Assembly: GCA_030390025.1 (NCBI GenBank)
Contig: CM059438.1
Location: forward strand, 86,800,001-86,864,000
Reading direction: 5' to 3'
Source: Squalus acanthias
Lineage: Eukaryota
DNA length: 64,000 bases
Shown here: positions 22,558 through 36,284 of the stretch, one piece after another
Layout of the letters: every line of letters starts with the position of its first letter
Position numbering within the stretch: the stretch's first letter is position 1
The notes under the pieces: generated by a model
What the model was told of the DNA's origin: nothing
Database searches by the model: none
The model's input: the letters and a program-made list of their open reading frames with translations, nothing else
Translations under genes and position numbers: made by a program

Positions 22558-23440
22558 AATCATAAAATAGTACAGCACAGAAGGAGGCCATTCGGCCCAT
22601 TGAGTCTGCGCCGGCTCTATCGAAGAGGAATCCAGTTAGTTCCACTCCCCGGCTCTTTCCCATACCCCTGCAATTTTTTTCTCCTTCAAGTATTTATCCA
22701 ATTCCCTTGTGAAGGCTACTATTGAATCTGTATCCACCACCCTATCGGGCAGTGCATTCCAAATCCTAACCACTCGTGTTAAAAAGCTTTTTCTCATGTT
22801 GCCTCTGGTTCTTTTAACAATCACCTTAAATCTGTGCCCTCTGGTTGTCGACTCTTCAGCCATTGGAAACAGTTTCTCTTTATTTACTCTCTCTAAACCC
22901 TTCATGATTTTTAACAACTCTATCAAATCTCCTTTTAGCCTTCTCTGCCCCAAGGCGAACAACCCCAGCTTCTCCAGTCTATACACGTAACTAATTCCTC
23001 ATCCCTGGAACCATTCTAGTAAAACTCATGCACCCTCTCCAAAGTGTTAATGTCCTTCCTAAAGTGTGGTGCCCAGAATTGGACACACTATCCCAGCTGG
23101 GGCCGAACTAGTGTTTTATAAAGGTTTAGCATAGCTTCCTGGCTTTTGTACTCTACGCTACTATTTATAAAGCCCAGGATCCCATATGCTTTATTAACTG
23201 CTTTGTTAACCTGTCCTGCCACCTTCAAAGATTTGTGTACAAACACCCCGAGCTCCCTCTCTTCTTGCACCCCGTTTAAAATCGTACCATTTATTGTCTC
23301 TCCTCATACTTTCTACCAAAATGTACCACCTCACACTTTTCTGCGTTGAATTTCATCTGCCATGTGTCTGCCCATTTCACCAGCCTGTCAATGTCCTCTT
23401 GAATGACTATTACTATCTTCCTCACTGGTCAGTGTACACG
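22558..23440 (-). mobile_element. CR1 LINE 3' fragment, degraded
   Basis: ORFs 22636..22986 and 23088..23270 are CR1 ORF2 C-terminus. Confidence 0.85.
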
Positions 23441-23585
23441 AGCTAAAAGATGGAGTTACTTTAACAGCCCTATTGACAGTCAAGGGATACACTAAGTGCG
23501 TAAATATCAACATAATGAATCGGTTTTTACTATGCAACAAATTCATATTTTCCAGTACATCTGGATTAACCAGGTCTGACTGTAT

Positions 23586-24345
23586 AAGCAGTGCCAAGCA
23601 ATGACTATCTCCAACAAGCGAGAGTCTAACCACCGCCCCTTGACATTCAACGACATTACCATCGCCGAATCCCCCACCATCAACATCCTGGGGGTCACCA
23701 TTGACCAGAAACTTAACTGGACCAGCCACATAAATACTGTGGCAGGTCAGAGGCTAGGTATTCTGCGGCGAGTGTCTCACCTCCTGACTCCCCAAAGCCT
23801 TTCCACCATCTACAAGGCACAAGTAAGTAGTGTGATGGAATACTCTCCACTTGCCTGGATGAGTGCAGCTCCAACAACACTCAAGAAGCTAGACACCATC
23901 CAGGACAAAGCAGCCCGCTTGATTGGCAGCCCATCCACCACCTTAAACATTCACTCCCTCCACTGTGGCTGCAGTGTGTACCATCTACAAGATGCACTGC
24001 AGCAACTTGCCAAGGCTTCTTCGGCAGCACCTCCCAAACCCGCGACCTCTTCCACCTAGAAGGACAAGGGCAGCAGGTGCATGGGAACACTATCACCTCC
24101 AAGTTCCCCTCCAAGTCACACACCATCCTGACTTAGAAGTATATCGCCGTTCCTTCATCATCGCTGGGTCAAAATCCTGGAACTCCCTCCCTAACAGAAC
24201 TGTGGGAGTACCTTCACCACACGGACTGCAGCGGTTCAAGAAGGCGGCTCACCACCACCTTCTCAAGGGCAATTAGGGATGGGCAATAAATGCTGGCCTT
24301 GCCAGCGACGGCCACATCCCATAAAAAAACGAATTAAAAAAAAAG
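23586..24345 (+). mobile_element. CR1-clade LINE of a second family, 3' fragment with A-rich tail
   Basis: ILGVTIDQKLNWTSHI...IYKAQV..VMEYSPLAW; same family at 31998-32473. Confidence 0.8.
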
Positions 24346-24480
24346 TTCAGTTTCCCTTTAAGAAACATTCTTCTAAAAGACTCTTGTTAGAATAAAAGTA
24401 TATATATTTTTTATAAAACCCTGACGACCACCATAGAGAAGCACTGCTGCAACCTCCGTGTACTTTGTGTACGTTTACAG

Positions 24481-24665
24481 GTATAACAGTAATCAAATGG
24501 ATTTAAACAGAAATTTTCCTGACCCCTTTGGAAAAAGCATTGCACCTCTTGAGCCAGAAACTGAGGCAGTGACACGGTGGATTCATAGCGAGCCGTTTGT
24601 GTTGTCTGCTAGTCTTCATGGAGGAGCCATAGTGGCTGCTTATCCATATGATAATAACAACCAAG
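24481..24665 (+). CDS. CPM: CPM-like coding exon 4 (NRN, third zinc His, specificity Asp)
   Basis: [14 protein letters not shown]...[30 protein letters not shown]; 185 nt; donor AAG|GTGAGA. Confidence 0.95.
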
Positions 24666-24843
24666 GTGAGATTTTCATATTAGCTCTTTAAACAGTTTGA
24701 TTTGGTTTAAAATTAGTCTCTATCCCCCTGTGTATAGATTGCAGTTTGCACTGGTCTCGGATTCATGACTTGATCTTCATTTAGGGCCTTGACTAATAGG
24801 TGTTTTTCGTCTGAAGTCCCGATAGGCTTGTGGAAAACACTTA

Positions 24844-25736
24844 GGGGGAAAAATTCAGTTGGTTGCGCCTCCCGTTAGCGCCTTAAGAGGGCGCTAATGG
24901 GGCGCAAAGCATCTAGCGCCCAGGCGCGGCGAAGTTTGCGCCGCTCGCGAAATTAACTAGACATTTTGCGGCGGCGCTAAACACTACCGCCACGATCTCC
25001 TGCGCCAGCAGATCATGACGTCACTCGAGTGCACAACGCCCCGGTATCGCCCCGGAGCGGATATTGAGTGGCGCCCCCTGCCTTACCGCCTGACGCTAGC
25101 AACGACAGGTTGAGGGGAGCGTTCTGCAGTCATGAAGGGAAAGGGGGAGCGCTATTTAAAGGTGTCCGCTTCCTGCCTTTTATTGTTGGTGCCATTTTTG
25201 AACTACGCATTCTGAGAGAGAGAGGGAGAGACTTCTGGAGAGATTCAATGTTGTGTGAAGGAGTTTTGGGTACTGAGCAGCACTTTGCAGGTTCATTTTG
25301 ATTTGCCATTCCTTGTATCGATTTAGCAGAGACTGTGGGGGCTGCACTCTGAGCTCTTTGCCTGGTACTCTCCATTGTTCTTTCCAGCACATTTGATGTG
25401 CAGGTCTCTCCAGGCCGAGATTCAAGGCTGCAATGAGCAGGATGTGGATGGAAAGCAAGATTAACCATCCCCTTTAAGAACTGGCCCGTGCCATTGTGTG
25501 TGTGTTCCATTGCTGACTGACATTACATGAGCTTCGCCAGCGCTCTGAGGTAGCGCCTCGCTCCTCGGCATTTGCGCCTTAAGACAGGTGTGAACCGCCT
25601 GATATAGCGCTCCAATCACCTCCAGGGGCGATTAAAGTCAAATTTGCAGTCGGTGGCGATAATTAGCGCCAGGCGCTAATCTTTGCGCCCGGCCGATAAT
25701 TGCGCCCCAAATGGGGCGATACTGAATTTCTCCCCC
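24844..25736 (-). mobile_element. Non-autonomous deletion derivative related to the 793-4954 Harbinger (family A), opposite orientation
   Basis: TIRs GGGGGAAAAATTCAG / CTGAATTTCTCCCCC; perfect TTA TSD; both ends align to the ends of the full element and the coding regions are missing. Confidence 0.92.
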
Positions 25737-26019
25737 TTAGATTGGTAGCCCATGCCGAACATGCCTGTTCTCAACGAACACTACCAGTCTCGTGTTTGAT
25801 CACTGTATGAAACTTGTAAATTTCTACTCTGCTACATGTTACAATTTCCTACCTTTTTTAAATGACGAAATGTGCCCACAATGACCCTGTTCGAATTAGT
25901 GGGATGCCATGTGAGAGTCTCCCGTATGACATCTACAGGGCTTGACTTTTTCAAATGCTGATTTAAACAATTAAAACGTCTCCCCTCCTCCAAAACTGCC
26001 GAGTCAATGGGTGAAATGG

Positions 26020-26410
26020 ATCCCAATGGCACAGTACAAAGCCATACAGACCAGGAATGTCTCACATTCAGCCCCTGGTCTTTACTGAGTTTAAAAAAAA
26101 AAATTCAGCCAGGATAGCAACAGGTGCTCAACAACTGGCCTTGGTGTGCTCCTAAGCGAGCAATAAGAAAAATCAGCCACGGTTCCCAGTCTTGATAACT
26201 ATCCGGTTGGCCCATTGTTAGAAAGGGGCATGTTGGTGAGGGCAGGTAAAGACAGGATCAGTCTCAGGATGATGCCTCCCCGGTACAATAGCCCACGACA
26301 CTCTTTATTGTGGCTTACATGTGAAATTGGCCACTTGGGTGAGATATCTCGGGGCTGCCAATGATGTGGAACTATAGTCTAGCATGAGTCGGCACCTTTA
26401 GGAGAGGAGG
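26020..26410 (+). repeat. Ancient SINE-like dispersed repeat
   Basis: Shared core with 12620-12930. Confidence 0.45.
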
Positions 26411-27474
26411 CAAGAAAGTAACAAAAAGGTTAAAAATTTAAGCTTTCAATTGATTTATTCCACTCATTTTTTCCCCCCATGTGTTTTATGCTTTTCTTAA
26501 TAATTGTGAACAATATGCCTTCAGTCATCAGTCAGTTCTTCATTGGTGTTTCCCTGACCACTACAAGTGCAGCCACCACAGTTATTTGATGATGCCATTA
26601 CATGTTTTGGAAGGTTTCCATTCTTTGTTTCTGCTTCTATCTATTGTCCATGTTGGGACTGTATTCAACATAAACTTGCACTTCTTACAGCACCTCTAAA
26701 GTAGTGGCAAATTTAAGTTGATGAGGGTTATTATTTGGATATTTTTCTACCACTCTCACCCAATGAGTGTGCCACTCAGACCAAGATTTGTAGTTGCCAT
26801 CAGCCGTTCATACGAACAATGCCGGGCAGGTAAAGACCCTCTGGTCCATCCAGCCTGTCCCACACAATTGCGATACCTTGTGTATCACGATACATACACT
26901 CCCCACCCCACCCGAAACCAAGTGATCTCCTAGGAGAGGCGAGAAACCAGATAAAAACCCAGGCCAATTTGGGGGGGAATCTGGGAAATTATCTCCGACC
27001 ATTTAGGCCATCGAAACTAGTCCAGGAGATCACTCTGGCCCTGAATTCCTGAAGTAGTTAGCTTCTGTAAGAGGTGATGTTCACCTCAACCAGAAACAGG
27101 CCCACTTAAGGATGTTCTCAAAGAATGAAAATTAAAAAAAAAATGTCTGCTTGAAAGTTGATGGACAGCTTTCTTCACCAAAAAGTGCCTGCCGAGACTT
27201 ATTTTGTTTGGGGAGCTGCGCATCGTTCTAGTCACAAATACATCACATGCAAGTACTACAATGACGCATGTTGATACAATTTCCATCATCATGTCATATA
27301 TTCGCAAACAAATGAGCAAAAGCCAAACACTGAATCATGAAAACTGTGCCCTTTAATATGCTTGGCATAGGTTTAAAATGCCAAAGAAGAGCAGAACTTA
27401 AGAAAGCTTCACAGGGACTTCTAAAAAAAAATATTTAACAAGCAAAAATAACTGCATCATCTAGATGCCTTAAA

Positions 27475-28335
27475 AGAAAGAACTTGCCTTTTATATAGCA
27501 CTTTTCACATCCCAAAGTACTTCACAGCAAATGAAGTATTTCTGGTGGAGTCACTGTTGTACATAGGCAAATACGGCAGTCAATTTACGCACAGCAAGGT
27601 CCCACAAAGAGCACTAAGATAAATGACCAGTTAATCTGTTTTGGTGCCGTCAGTTTAGGGATAAATGTTGGCCAATCTACCAGGAGAGGTACCCTGCTCG
27701 TCTTCAAAAAGTACCATTGGGATCCTTTACATCCACCTGAGAGGGCAGACAGGGCCTCAGTTTAACATCTCATTTGAAGGACAGCACCTCTGACAATGTA
27801 GTACTTCCTTAGTACTGCACTGAAGTGGCGGTCTAAATCATAGAATCATAGAAATTTACAGCACGGAAGGAGGCCATTTCGGCCCATCGTGTCCACGCCG
27901 GCCGACAAAGTGCTATCCAGCCTAATCCCATTTTCCAGCTCTTGGTCCGTAGCCCTGTACGTTATGGCACTTCAAGTGCACATCCAAGCACTTTTTAAAT
28001 GTGGTGAGGGTTTCTGCCTCTACCCTTCAGGCAGTGAGTTCCAGACCCCCACCACCCACTGGGTGAAGAAATTTCCCCTCAAATCCCCTTTAAACCTCCT
28101 ACCAATTACTTGAAATCTATGCCCCCTGGTTGTTGACCCCTCTGCTAAGCGAAATAGGTCCTTCCTGTCCACTCGCTAGGCCCCTCATAATTTTATACAC
28201 CTCAATAAGATCTCCCCTCAGACTCCTCTGTTCCAAAGAAAACAAATCATGTACTGATGTCTCTGAAGTTGGGCTTGAACCCATGATCTTCTGACTCTAA
28301 AGACAAGAGTGCTACCACTGAGCTAAGGTTGACAC
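27475..28335 (-). mobile_element. SacSINE1-type SINE interrupted by a CR1 3' fragment (27842-28243)
   Basis: SINE halves are collinear; 7-bp TSD AAATCAT at 27835-27841 and 28244-28250. Confidence 0.8.
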
Positions 28336-29429
28336 TAAAGAATGTTTCATCTGTAGCTGCTAAAAAAGCATCACCTCAGTAAAAATGTAAGTGGCTACAA
28401 GACAAATACTGACAAAAAATATTTTAAATCCATTTATTTATTTTTATAGCATTTTTCGGGTACAGAGGGCAGCAGATTATATTATAATATATAAACCATA
28501 GCAGTTTACAGCACAGAAGAGGCCCTTGTATCCGTGCAGGCCCTGTGCTAATCTCAGTACTCAATGTTCTCCCCTTAGCGCCCTTCACTTCAAATACTCA
28601 TCCATTTTGACCTTAAAAGATGCTATGGTCTCTGACTCAACTACTCCCCGTGGCAAAGCATTCCTGATCAATGGCAGCAAAAACACAAGGAAAGGGGATT
28701 CTGGTGAACCTTTACACGCTACATAGTTTAAGATCCCTCTAAAGTATGATGTCGCCAGCTTTAGTGGGAGCAGGAATACTCCGCATATCTGCAGCTCCCT
28801 GAAGCACGTGAGCACAAAAATCACCCCTTCTGTTGTAACCAGATTAAGTGACTCAATCATAGGGTCATACCACAGAAGGAGGCGATTCGGCCCATCATGC
28901 CTGTGGCGGCTCTCTGAAAGAGCTATCCAATTAGTCCCACTCCCCTATAGCGATAATTGTTGTGTAGTTGGTAGAACCTCAGCCCAAACAAAAGTATTGG
29001 AGTTTAGCTGATACATTGAAAATATTCCACTTCATGTTGTTGATTTTTGAACCAAAAAGTTGCAGGTAATGACAACCTACATCATTGCATCAGTAGGCGG
29101 TGATTCTTCTGTTCTTTGAAGCCTGCATGGCTTCTGTAATAAAGGAGGAAGTTTTAGGTGAATTTCCACTTTATGGTGGGTGAGACCCAGGACCTCTTCC
29201 TCTCCAATACCAGCTGGCAGAGCCAGACAATTAATGAACCCCTTCAGCGGATGTAGCTTTAAATACTAACAAGCTGAATTGTCGCTGGAGTAATGTCAGT
29301 TCTCAAATAATGGCGCTTATTTTTTAGTGATGAACACGAGACAAGATATTGTAGCCAAAGCACCAGAGATTTGACCAGATATATGATCAATGTTGAATGG
29401 GGTCATTTTCACTTTGAGCGCAGGCAGAG

Positions 29430-30250
29430 AACTGCTGGTTGCAGATCACTGCCATGCCTTGGCTACAAGGGACGTTTAAGCCCAATATGACATTGTAGGT
29501 TGCGCATGAGACAACAACAGGAGTATTCAGATATCACTACTCCATTGCTGTGTGGAAGGTTAGTCTAGCAGCTGATTTGAAGAGTTTGCATGAGAAAGCA
29601 AAATTAAACCATTTTTGCACCTGAGGTGAGTTAACTGTGAGCAGTTATGAGAACTATGGGATGCTGTGAGAGCACTTTCAGCGACTTAGTGCATACTGTG
29701 GGTAAGGGAAAAGATCCAAACACTAGCCCATAGCCCAAGGTCTTTTGGCAAAGCTGGAGACTTTAACGTGGGCATTTGAAAAGGAGCCTGTCAATTTGTC
29801 TGATGTTGAAGCCATGCATACCTTGGCAGCGAGAAGACCGCAGACGGTGATGAATCACCACGGAATTCCCAGCAGAATGGCAGCTAGAAGAAGCCAGAGA
29901 TAACAACCTTCTGTACTCTGAAGGAAAAGCTGACGGCGTCAAGAGACGATTGTAACAGTTTGTGGTTGAGCTGATCAGCAGCCTGAATGAAAGGCTTGAA
30001 CGTGTGTCAATTCTGAACAGTTTGGGTAATTTTGAATTCCTGTTCGGAAGAGATCACACATGCTGCTTCACATCTAAGCCTAGGCCCCCGTGACACACAC
30101 ACAGCAGAATGGTCCGAAATGAATGTCATGATTGTTCATCACAGACATTCTATTGATCTCAATGTAGCTGGACTGCTTGAAGCTTTGCACGACATGGAGC
30201 TGACAGTCTCTGTGAAATTCCTATTATAGGTGGCAAAGTGTGTTGAAAAA
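29430..30250 (+). pseudogene. Fossil hAT (ZNF862-like) transposase fragments
   Basis: Broken frames give H.LA..D, AQGLLAKLE, AFEKEPVNLSDV and FVVELISSLNERL, in the order expected for hAT transposases. Confidence 0.45.
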
Positions 30251-31414
30251 ATATATTCTCATGTTAACACACCAGCAAGAGACGAGAGAAAGCAAGTGCC
30301 AGCACCAACTGTTAACACAGCAGTGGCGCTTCACAAGAGAGAATCTGAACTCTGAAATTCTAGCCACAAGATGACTAAAAACAAGAAAGCAGAAGGTTTG
30401 TCCAGCCACGAATAGGTGCTGATTCGTGCACAACTTTGGGGCTTAGGACTGACGTGCTTGCAGACCTGGGTAACAAGCGTTCAAATTTCTTTGTCAGTGG
30501 CGACCCTAAGTCAGAATAGAATAGAATAGAATCATAGAAGGATACGGCACAGAAGGAGGCCATTCGGCCCATCGTGCCTCTTTGGTAGAGCTATCCAATT
30601 AGTCCTGCTCCCCTGCTCTTTCCCCATAGCCCTGTAGATTTTTTCCCTTCAAGTATTTATCCAATTCTCTTTTGAAAGTTATTATTGAATCTGCTTCCAC
30701 CACCCTCAGCGTTGCTAATGTTGTTTCCTTCCCTATTACGGATTCAAAACAACATTTATTCTCCCTTTTTTATGCTGAGGATTACCACCCCACATCGGTT
30801 TCCTCATGATGCCTGTGACAAAAATAGAGATTTTGTCCCATGGGAAGTGTATCCTGATGGCTTTACTCATGGGAAGTCTCAGTCTGGAACATGGCTGTGG
30901 CATTTAGCGGCTAATCAGCCCTGTGCCTTTAAGGCACGGCTCTAAATAGGCAAATCTAGATAACTGTGGCAACTTAGAAATTGCTCAGGTCATTCAGAGG
31001 GAAGTTGTAGCTGCTTATAAATTTTAGGTCCCAGGTCAATGACTGGAACATAGGAACAGAAGTAGGCCATTCAGCCCCTCGAGCCTTCTCCGCCATTCAA
31101 TTAGACCCTGGCTGGTCTGTACCTCAATTCCATTTACCCACCTTACCTCCATATCTTAAACTGTAACAGCTCCTCAGTCAGCTGCATCTGAGTCTCACAT
31201 CCCTGCCACATGTGATCCCACGCAAGTGCACGCTGGCCACTTCACCCCCCTAAATTGGTGCCTATTCACAGCAAGAAAAAAAGAGAGAATGGACCTCCCC
31301 CTGACTCCCCACCTATATGAGCCAACAGCCAGCCCAATGTAGCATAGGCAGTTATTTCTGCCGCTTACTCACCAAACATTCCTTCTATCCTTACAATGGA
31401 GCAGCTATATGTCT

Positions 31415-31820
31415 AGTTGGGAAGGTCATGGGTTCAAGCTCCACTCCAGAGCACATAATCTAGACTGACTTCAGTGCAGTGCTGAGGGAGTGCTGCACTG
31501 TTGGAAGTATTATCTTTTGGATGAGATGCTAAAGCTAGGCCCCATCTGCCATCTCAGGTGGACGTAAGAGATTCCAAGGAAGGACAGGAGAGTTCTCTTG
31601 GTGCTCTGGCCAACATTTATCCCTGAGCCAACACAACAAAAACAGATTATCTGATTATTTATCTCATTGTTTGTGGGACATTGCTGTACGCAAATTGGCT
31701 GCCGCATCAAGCTAAATTACAACAGCGACCATGTTTTAAAAGTACTTAATTGGCTGTGAAGCTTTTTGGGATACCCTGAGTACATGAAAGACACTCTAAA
31801 AATGCAAGTTTTTTCTTTCC
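31415..31820 (+). mobile_element. SacSINE1-type SINE
   Basis: GGGTTCAAG B-box, Deu-like core and tail. Confidence 0.75.
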
Positions 31821-31997
31821 TGCTATGTGAGCCAACAGTGGAGTGTTGGCAAGCTTCTTAATTATTGTGAGAGGGAATCATATCTGAATCTGATTCAATC
31901 TTCATCCACTCACATTTTCTTTAGGTTTCACTGAATGGTGATCGGGAGCTGGAACCCGAGCAGATTTTGACCTAGCTCTCATAATGTAGCAATTATA

Positions 31998-32473
31998 AGT
32001 CAGGAGTGTGTTGGAATACTCTCCACTTGCCTGGATGAGTGCAGCTCCAACAACACTCAAGAAGCTCGACACCATCCAGGATAAAGCAGCCCGCTTGATT
32101 GGCACCCCATCCACCACCTTAAACATTCACTCCCTCCACCACCGGTATACTGTGGCTGCAGTGTGTACCATCTACAAGATGCACTGCAGCAACTCGCCAA
32201 GGCTTCTTCGGCAGCACCTCCCAAACCCACCACCTCCAAGTTCCCCTCCAAGTCACACACCATCCTGACTTGGAAGTATATCGCCGGTCCTTCATCGTTG
32301 CTGGTTCAAAATCCTGGAACTCCCTCCCTAACAGCACTGAGAGTACCTTCACCACACAGACTGCAGCAGTTCAAGAAGGCGGTTCACCGCCACCTTCTCA
32401 AGGGCAATTAGGGATAGACAATAAATGCTGGCCTTGCCAGCGACGCCCACATCCCAGGAACTAATTTTAAAAA
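31998..32473 (+). mobile_element. CR1-clade LINE (second family) 3' fragment
   Basis: Near-identical to about 23830-24330. Confidence 0.8.
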
Positions 32474-32790
32474 TTGTTCCAACTGCTGCCTGATGGAAAT
32501 GAGCTTACAAAGCGGAGACTAGACCTGAGACATTCCTAGTCTATTTGGCTTGGTATCACACTGGGTGATGCTTTTATCAGTGAAGCCATTGGGTGAGCTT
32601 AAGTAATTTTAATCATTTTTGACTGTCCTATAATGTTATATATTTTAGGTGAGTTTGTGTGTAGGTTGCCCTTTTGGCAAAATAGGATCAGTTTCCTTTC
32701 TAAAGAATTTCTGTGTAAAGCTTTATTCCTGTCATGACAAAAGACCTGAAGTGAATATTATTGAACGGTCACTTTCGTTATCCTTCACAG

Positions 32791-32946
32791 GTAACAACAA
32801 CTACAGTCGGAGTCCCGATGATGATGTATTTAAATACTTGGCAAAAATCTATTCCTTTAACCATAAGACCATGTACAGAGGGAATTTATGTAAGATGAAA
32901 TTCCTGGATGGTGTGACGAATGGAGCTAAATGGTACACCATAGCAG
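32791..32946 (+). CDS. CPM: CPM-like coding exon 5 (GC splice donor)
   Basis: GNNNYSRSPDDDVFKYLAKIYSFNHKTMYRGNLCKMKFLDGVTNGAKWYTIAG; 156 nt; donor CAG|GCAAGC. Confidence 0.9.
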
Positions 32947-34265
32947 GCAAGCCATTAATATAGGAGACTGGCTCATATTGTATATTATGGAACACTCCTG
33001 TTCCCTCTTTGGACCTTTCTGACTATTTTAGTCTTCGCATTTTGAAGTTTCACAGTTAATGTTGTTAAAGTGGTGTAAAATAGCCCTGGTTTTGACTCAC
33101 ATCACACAATGTTAATGTTAGGTAATGTCATGGTGCTCAAGGGAATAGGGATTATAAACAACGAAACCCATAACACAAAATGCAGAATCTCAGGCCTTTA
33201 TTTTATTCCGAGTTTTCTTTATCTTCAATCTACTTTTCCCTTTTTTAAAAAACTGATTTGTTCTCCTCTTCCTGGCTTTGCGTCAACCAGACACTGTTGA
33301 CCATTTCCAAGCGAAGCAGAGTGGACATGTAACTGCCTATCAAGCCTCTAACTATACTGCTGTACAGCTGGTTGCTGAGAGGTTTGGCAAGGTGACTCAT
33401 CTACTGTTTTATGTACCTTTTTTCATGCCCTTTGAGCGAAGACTTGGCCAAGATCCAGAACTCACTATGTGAGTGGCTGCGATGTTAACCTGTATCCTTC
33501 CACTCAGCATTTGGTACCAGAACATTATAACCCCTGGGCTTCCAGAACCTTGCACATAACCAGTTTTGAAGCTCAGTGCTATCGATTTGGTGCTTGAAAT
33601 TTCTACAAGGATTATAAGTGAATTGATAATTCAGTTATCACTGAATAACAGTGATATGCTGATAGGGTGAGATGAAGGGGAGGAGGTTTGCATGGAGCAT
33701 AAACACTGGCCTGGACCTGTTGGGCCGAATGGCCTGTTTCTGTGCTGTAAATACTATGTAATACTATGTAGTTCTATGGTCATTTAATCTGCTAAAACCT
33801 TCCCAAGCCTAGAACAATTGGCACCAACTCCGGAATCTTACACAAAGACCAAAGCAACAGTGAATGTAGAGAATGGAAGTACTGGCACAGTGAGTTGGTG
33901 TTGAGAAGGGAGGAGTGTAAGGTGATATCTCCATATTATATATCTGTGCTAAATGTGACCTGGGAGTGTTTAATGCTGACATTCAGTCTAAAGAGAGAAA
34001 ATGAAGATCTCTCACTTCAATGGGCATAAAAAAAATCACAAAAAACAGCAAAACATCTCTCGGAGCTCACTATCTCGATGTTTTAATATTATCAGTTGCT
34101 TTGCAGCTATCACATCTTCTACCTCTACTTGCACAGCTGGATCAGATATGACTATGTCTGCAGAGCATGTTGGAAAGCCTGTGCAAAGCAACTTGCATGT
34201 GAAGATTTAGCATGTGTCTTGGCTTCAGATATGTCAGTCTGACAGTTTTCAATATCTCTCACTAG

Positions 34266-34418
34266 GTGGTATGCAAGACTACAATTATGTGTGGGGCCAG
34301 TGCTACGAGCTAACGCTAGAACTGTCTTGTTGCAAGTACCCACCAGCATCACAACTGCCACACTTCTGGGAACAGAACAAAGTTTCACTTATCTTCTTTA
34401 TCAAGCAAGTCCATTTAG
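34266..34418 (+). CDS. CPM: CPM-like coding exon 6 (catalytic Glu)
   Basis: [52 protein letters not shown]; 153 nt. Confidence 0.95.
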
Positions 34419-34604
34419 GTACATAGATCTATTGCTGTACATCTTCTAAATATGGCTTTTCGCCAGCGTCCCCCATTGGTAAACTTCTCATGTTTTTTCG
34501 TCCACGGATTTCAGTGGGTGGAAAACCGTGGCTAACGTGCCTGCAATTGTCGGGAATATGCACTGCCCGCAGATGAGGTGGGTGGAGTTGGGTGGGGAAC
34601 CAAA

Positions 34605-34870
34605 GCAGCAACAACTTGCATTTATATAGCGTCTTTAACGTAGTAAAACGTCCCAAGGCGCTTCACAGGAGCGTTTTCAAAGATTTTTTGACATCGAGCC
34701 ACATGAGATATTAGGACAGTTGACTTGGTAACAGAGGTAGGTTTAAAGGAGTGTCTTAAAGGAGGGGAAAGAGGCGGAGAGGTTTAGGGAGGGATTTCCA
34801 GAGCTTAGGGCCTAGGCAGCTGAAGGCACAGCCGCCAATGGTGGAGCGATTTCAAATTGGGGATGCGCCT
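34605..34870 (-). mobile_element. L2-type LINE 3' fragment
   Basis: Reverse complement similar to 60-331. Confidence 0.65.
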
Positions 34871-34889
34871 GAGGCCAAAATTGGAGGAG

Positions 34890-35225
34890 CGCAGGTGGTT
34901 TTGAACTGGACAGGCGGTATCGCATCGGTCGCCCATTATACGCCCCACCCGATACTCAGTTCCATTGACTTCAATAGCACTGAATATCGGGTGTATCGTA
35001 CAACGGTCGGAAAATACTATTCTGCCTGTTTTGCGGGCTTGTCCAAGTCCAATTTCAACCCCATGGTCTCCCAACTATTGGTGCGGTATTCAGAAAATAA
35101 AGTGGACTCATCACGGAAGGAAAATCAGACAGGCTCCATCATGGGCTTGAGATCGTCCCTGCCCGATTTTCTGCTGTGAGCAGGTGATACTTTGTAAGCA
35201 GGCGGTGAACACAAAAATCTACCTC
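34890..35225. mobile_element. Degenerate MITE-like element with an internal hairpin
   Basis: Imperfect palindrome CCCGATACTCAGTTCCATTGACTTCAATAGCACTGAATATCGGG (34948-34991); CpG-rich. Confidence 0.4.
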
Positions 35226-36284
35226 AATAACTCCCAACTCCAGTTAGGAACAACGGGCACTAGCATGGAACTTACTGCATCAAATGTAAATCAACACCAT
35301 TCTGCGTTGAGCCATTGACCAGCCCATATTTGGCATTATTAATAGTTGCCGTTAAAATAACATTAGTGCGAATAAGACCTTTTTTTACAGGGCGGTATGC
35401 TTGGAACAGCACTAAATCTGTCAGTTGAGGCTATTAGCAGTGTTGTTCCAGCTTTCCATCTGCTTTAACTCCAATCTCCATTGGCTCTAGTAGTGGAAAA
35501 TATAGCCGCTGGTCTCCAGTTTCCTTAACCTTTTGTTTTACTGGAAATTGGTGCTGCATCTGAATTAGGACAATTGAACTGAGAGTCCAGTATTGCATAC
35601 CTATTAAAGGGCACTGTCACCTATTGCAGTGTGTTACAATAAGTTCATGACGATCATACAATAATCCAGCTAATATTTTAATAATATACACAAAGTGATT
35701 TCAGTGGTTGGTCAATGGGTTATATGAATCCCGATACTGTATCTTTTTACTTTTTGTGAGGACCAAATGCGTTTGTTTATGTATTGTTAAAGTTTGACAT
35801 TTTTTATAGATTGTCAATTCTAGGGCTCAAATTGTTCTAACAATGTGAATGCCAACAAATGTATGAGTAGAAATTAGGGTTGCTAATATCAAATTACCCA
35901 CTTGGCTATTTTAATGGCGGTGTTAACACTTTATTTTAAATAGGTAAATGCCTCAGTTAAAATTGTAGAGAGAGAATTTTTTTATCAGTAACAGCAGGAC
36001 ATCACCAACTGTAATTTCTAATCTCAGGTGCTGAATTTGGATATTATAATGATTTTATATATATTTTTTGTTTGTTACTTTCAAAGCATCTTTATGATAA
36101 ATACTATTTTTCCACTCGCACCACGATCACCTTTTCAAAAATGTGGAAGCAGTGGTTTGGAATGTGAGAGTCTGAAAGCAGAGACGCCTCTTTGTATGCT
36201 TAGCTGTTGACTTGAGGTTTACACGATAGATGACTAGATCGCAGCAATTTATAAATAGTAATCCACTTCATCTTTACCTTCCAG

